From an uncultured Planctomycetaceae bacterium (GTDB taxonomy: Bacteria > Planctomycetota > Planctomycetia > Planctomycetales > Planctomycetaceae), in assembly GCA_963976765.1 (NCBI GenBank), contig CAXBME010000020.1:124001-158999 (forward strand): 34,999 nucleotides of DNA. Reading direction: 5' to 3'. The position numbers and the translations under genes are program-made. The first letter of the stretch is position 1. Every line of letters starts with the position of its first letter. Shown here one piece after another: positions 31,482 through 34,999 of this stretch. The notes beneath the pieces were generated by a model, which saw nothing but the letters and a program-made list of their open reading frames with translations, was not told the DNA's origin and ran no database searches.

Positions 31482-34400
31482 TTATAACCCAAGCAGCTCA
31501 AGTTCTATTGAACCAGCGAAGACCTCATCGGTCCTTGTCAAACTGTCCTCGCCCAACCGGTCCGTATCGGATTGATCATTGGTGGTTGGTAAGGGCAGCC
31601 GGATGAACTGTGGGGATTCGGGAGCTGATTTCTTCTCCAGCGGAATAACCGGCGCTGGTCGAGGGGCGGGACGCTGGCCTCCGATCAGGGTGTCCAAGCC
31701 GACGACCTGATTGAAGGCGTCGTCGCGGAAGGTACCATTCAGTGTGTCGTTACCCAGACCGCCAGCGAGATTGTCGCGACCGCTGCCGCCAGCCAATCTG
31801 TCAGCTCCGTCATCGCCATCAATTGTGTCGAGACCTGCACCGCCCAAAAGAACATCGTCGCCATCGCCACCGCGAATAGTATCGGCGTGTCCACCACCGA
31901 GCAGCTTGTCCGAACCAGCCCCTCCATCCAGGATGTCGCGCCCGGCACCCCCGTAGACCGTGTCATTGCCCGCAGCTCCGTTGATCGTGTCGCTACCGCT
32001 GTTTCCTTGAATGAAATCATGCCCCGGGCCGCCATCAACGTCATCATTTCCCGAGCCGGCAATGATAATGTCGTCTCCAGGAGTGCCTTTCAGAGTGTCA
32101 GGACCAGCGCTTCCGATGATTGTAACCGGTCCAAGCGTGTAGGCGCTGGCGTCGATGCTGCTGCCATACTCTGAAGCGATGAGGAGAATTCTTTCGACGA
32201 GAGCTGGATTGCTGCCAGCTGCCTGCATCGCTGAGTCGTTCGTAAGGATTATGTTACTGCCGTTGATTTCAAGAAAATCGATTCCGTCGCCGCCATCCAG
32301 GAAATCAGTCAATGAGCCGCCGCCAAGGAGAGTATCATTCCCCGCGCCACCGACCAGTGTGACTGGTATTCCTGCGGCTGAGGCATCCAGTCGATGATTG
32401 CCATCGCCGGATTCCAGAATGGCCTGCTCGATTTCGCTGTGATTATCGTTCCCCGATCCTGAGCTTGTGGATGCTGTAATGCTCAGACCGCCTTCGCCAA
32501 TGATTCTTAAAGTGTCGACGCCGGCTCCACCGACAATGCTGTCGTCGCCGTCTCCGCCGTCCAACTGGTCGTTGCCACTTTCTCCATTAAGAGTGTCGTT
32601 GCCATCCTCGCCAAACAAGCGATCGTTGTCGGCCCCACCGTTGATTATGTCGTCGCCAGGACCGCCAAAGAAATCGTCGTCTCCGCCTTCACTTTCCAGG
32701 AAGTCGTTGCCTTCTCGACCAAACAACAGATCGTTGCCAGGACCGCCAAGCACGACGTCATCTCCAGTCTGACCATCGACGGTATCGTCGCCGTCCTGCC
32801 CAACGAGTGAGTCCATGCCTGCTCCGCCAGTGATCCTGTCGTTGCCGCCCGAACCTAGCCCGGTATCGTTTCCGTCTGCTCCAATGATGGTGTCATGGCC
32901 ATCGCCGCCGACTAGAAAATCGTCACCGTCTCCACCATCGAGCAAATCTTCACCAGTGCCACCATCGATTGAGTCATTGCCGGCGTCATCTCCACCGTAG
33001 AGTTCGTCGTTGCCTGCGCCACCTTTCATCGAATCCGCGCCGTTTTCTCCTTCGACAGTGTCATTGCCAGTGCCACCGTCGAGGGTGTCGTCGCCCTCGC
33101 CGCCGAACAGTATGTCCTCTCCAGAGTTTCCACCGAGCACGTCGTTTCCAGCGTCCCCGGTCATGACGTCGTTTCCGGAGCCACCTGCCATAGCATCAGC
33201 ACCATTTCCACCTTGCAGGACGTCGTCGCCGAAGCCACCGCTGAGTGTGTCGTCACCGTCTCCACCATTGAGCTCATCATCGCCGCCGTCGCCAATCAGG
33301 AAGTCATTACCGACGCCACCTCGAATTCTGTCATCCCCATCCAGGGCAACAAGAACGTCATCTCCAGAACCACCTTCGAGCAGGTCCGCGAAGTCAGTGC
33401 CCGTGATCGTGTCGTTACCTGCTGAACCCAGAATTGTGATCGATGACGACACTCCAGACGCATCGATGAAGTCGTTGCCGGCACCACCATCAATTGACAA
33501 GGACGCAGAAAATGTGAAATCCAGCGGCGATACGGTAATGGTCTCGTTGCCGTTTCCACCGATGATTGTCAGCCGGCTGGTCGGGCTGCGAAAGCTGACA
33601 CCGCCTGTTGCAAGACCAGCGTCGCTGGTAAAGACTGACCGGCCGATGACCGTCGCATCGTTCTCGACGGTGAACCGCGAGTTGTCTGTGAATGCAGGGG
33701 CTGTGCCGAATATTCGATGCGACGATGGTGTCGTGTCGACAACTGACTCCACTCCGCTGATGACAGCCGTTGTGCCGAAGTCGAAGTCAACCATTCCGGT
33801 GTTGCTGCCGGTGTTTGAATACAGAATCGATTGAAACGCTCCAGTCGCCAGTTGCCCACTGAAGGTGACTGTGTCAGTTCCGGCCCCGCCTGCAAATGTG
33901 ACTCCCTGGCGTGGAATCGGATTCTCACCAGCGAACAGAACGGTCAGATTGTCGTCAACAGGTGAGCCTTCAATGGCCAGCGACTGGAGACCGTCTGTTG
34001 GTCGTCGGAACAACTCCGTCCGATCAACGCTGTTTCTGATAACGGTATCGCCATCAAGTGACAGCAGTTCAAAGTCACCTCCGGTCAACGAAATGAACTG
34101 TTGGATTGTCGTTGCCACTTTCAATTGGGCGGCGCCAATCGTGTAGACGTTGAATGTGAGACCGGAGTGTGACTCGACGGACTCTGTCGCGAGTCTGAAA
34201 TCGTCCAGGTCAATTCGATTCGTGTTGTCGCCCGTGACGATCAGTGTATTGGACGTATCGCTGAGATTCAGGACTTCCAGTACGGTCAGCTTCAGCGTGC
34301 TGCCCCCGGTCAGGTCGATCTGCTCAATTCCAGTCAACTGGTTGTCGGAGATCAATGACAGATCGAGTGTCTGGGCGTTGACGCCCAACCGGTCAAAACC

Positions 34401-34999
34401 ATTACCGCCGGCAACTCGCTGGAACTGGATATCGGCGATGTTCAGCACATCGTCGCCTTCACCTCCCAGCAGCACATCGGCTCCGCCGTCTCCGTTGAGC
34501 GTGTCATCGCCTTGAGCACCGATCAGAATGTCGATGGCACCGGCACCCTGGTCCGCATTCAGCGTATTGGCAAATTCATCACCGACCTTCGTTTCGGCAC
34601 CGCCGGTAAAGTTTCCACCGAAGAGAACGTAGCTCTCGCCTGCGTTACTGTTTCCGTTGGGATCCGCGTGAAATGCGCCGATGATGAGATCGTCGAAGCC
34701 GTCCCCGTTCACGTCACCAGCCCTCGACACCGAAATGCCGGAGTAGTCGCGCCCGTCAATGCCATCAAGCCGGAAACCGGTGCTGCCGTTCAGCGTCGCC
34801 AGGTCGATTGCCGAGGCGAACCCACCTGACTTTCCAAACACCACGTAGCTCTCGCCGGCGTTAAGGTTTCCGCCTGGATTCGCGCCGTATGCGCCGATAA
34901 TGAGATCGTCGAAGCCGTCGCCGTTCACGTCGCCAGCCCTCGATACTGAGTTGCCGGAGAAGTCGCGCTCGTCAATGCCATCAAGCCGGAATCCAGTCG
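31482..34999 (-). CDS. Large extracellular protein with FG-GAP (integrin-alpha) repeats and many RTX/hemolysin-type Ca-binding repeats (5' end outside the window)
   Basis: AGDVNGDGFDDLIIGA repeats; dozens of GGxGxDxL nonapeptides; frame open to the window edge. Confidence 0.93.
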   Translation of the reverse strand, partial: TGFRLDGIDERDFSGNSVSRAGDVNGDGFDDLIIGAYGANPGGNLNAGESYVVFGKSGGFASAIDLATLNGSTGFRLDGIDGRDYSGISVSRAGDVNGDGFDDLIIGAFHADPNGNSNAGESYVLFGGNFTGGAETKVGDEFANTLNADQGAGAIDILIGAQGDDTLNGDGGADVLLGGEGDDVLNIADIQFQRVAGGNGFDRLGVNAQTLDLSLISDNQLTGIEQIDLTGGSTLKLTVLEVLNLSDTSNTLIVTGDNTNRIDLDDFRLATESVESHSGLTFNVYTIGAAQLKVATTIQQFISLTGGDFELLSLDGDTVIRNSVDRTELFRRPTDGLQSLAIEGSPVDDNLTVLFAGENPIPRQGVTFAGGAGTDTVTFSGQLATGAFQSILYSNTGSNTGMVDFDFGTTAVISGVESVVDTTPSSHRIFGTAPAFTDNSRFTVENDATVIGRSVFTSDAGLATGGVSFRSPTSRLTIIGGNGNETITVSPLDFTFSASLSIDGGAGNDFIDASGVSSSITILGSAGNDTITGTDFADLLEGGSGDDVLVALDGDDRIRGGVGNDFLIGDGGDDELNGGDGDDTLSGGFGDDVLQGGNGADAMAGGSGNDVMTGDAGNDVLGGNSGEDILFGGEGDDTLDGGTGNDTVEGENGADSMKGGAGNDELYGGDDAGNDSIDGGTGEDLLDGGDGDDFLVGGDGHDTIIGADGNDTGLGSGGNDRITGGAGMDSLVGQDGDDTVDGQTGDDVVLGGPGNDLLFGREGNDFLESEGGDDDFFGGPGDDIINGGADNDRLFGEDGNDTLNGESGNDQLDGGDGDDSIVGGAGVDTLRIIGEGGLSITASTSSGSGNDNHSEIEQAILESGDGNHRLDASAAGIPVTLVGGAGNDTLLGGGSLTDFLDGGDGIDFLEINGSNIILTNDSAMQAAGSNPALVERILLIASEYGSSIDASAYTLGPVTIIGSAGPDTLKGTPGDDIIIAGSGNDDVDGGPGHDFIQGNSGSDTINGAAGNDTVYGGAGRDILDGGAGSDKLLGGGHADTIRGGDGDDVLLGGAGLDTIDGDDGADRLAGGSGRDNLAGGLGNDTLNGTFRDDAFNQVVGLDTLIGGQRPAPRPAPVIPLEKKSAPESPQFIRLPLPTTNDQSDTDRLGEDSLTRTDEVFAGSIELELLGL
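34627..34999. repeat. 216-bp intragenic tandem repeat (72-aa FG-GAP unit)
   Basis: GAGATCGTCGAAGCCGTC at 34686 and 34902, with highly similar flanks. Confidence 0.85.

Overview
This window looks like Planctomycetota DNA, judged from the DUF1549/DUF1553 + DUF1501 gene pair, a ThuA-domain protein and an FG-GAP/RTX giant protein. Bases 1-23.3 kb are mostly ordinary metabolic genes: a Na+ symporter, DUF455, NIPSNAP, a PSD1/cytochrome giant protein, a VOC protein, a molybdopterin oxidoreductase, acnA, a Zn-dehydrogenase and a GH63-like glucosidase. The standout is 23580-27264, an integron-like gene-cassette system with non-canonical parts. An intact tyrosine recombinase lacks the IntI-specific insertion, carries an extra ~100-aa C-terminal domain, and points the same way as four small cassette genes. 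Each gene is bracketed by its own GTT.../...AAC inverted repeat and followed by a 137-209 bp attC-like hairpin site. All four sites share one geometry (AAC-2nt-10bp arm...10bp arm-4nt-GTT) with covarying arms, a bulge on the arm opposite to canonical attC, and a TACAAT/TATAAT hexamer 55-57 nt before the GTT. Further downstream are a tRNA-Sec gene, a decayed IS3-family transposase and the 3' part of a large FG-GAP/RTX protein. All family assignments come from reading motifs by eye; no searches were run.
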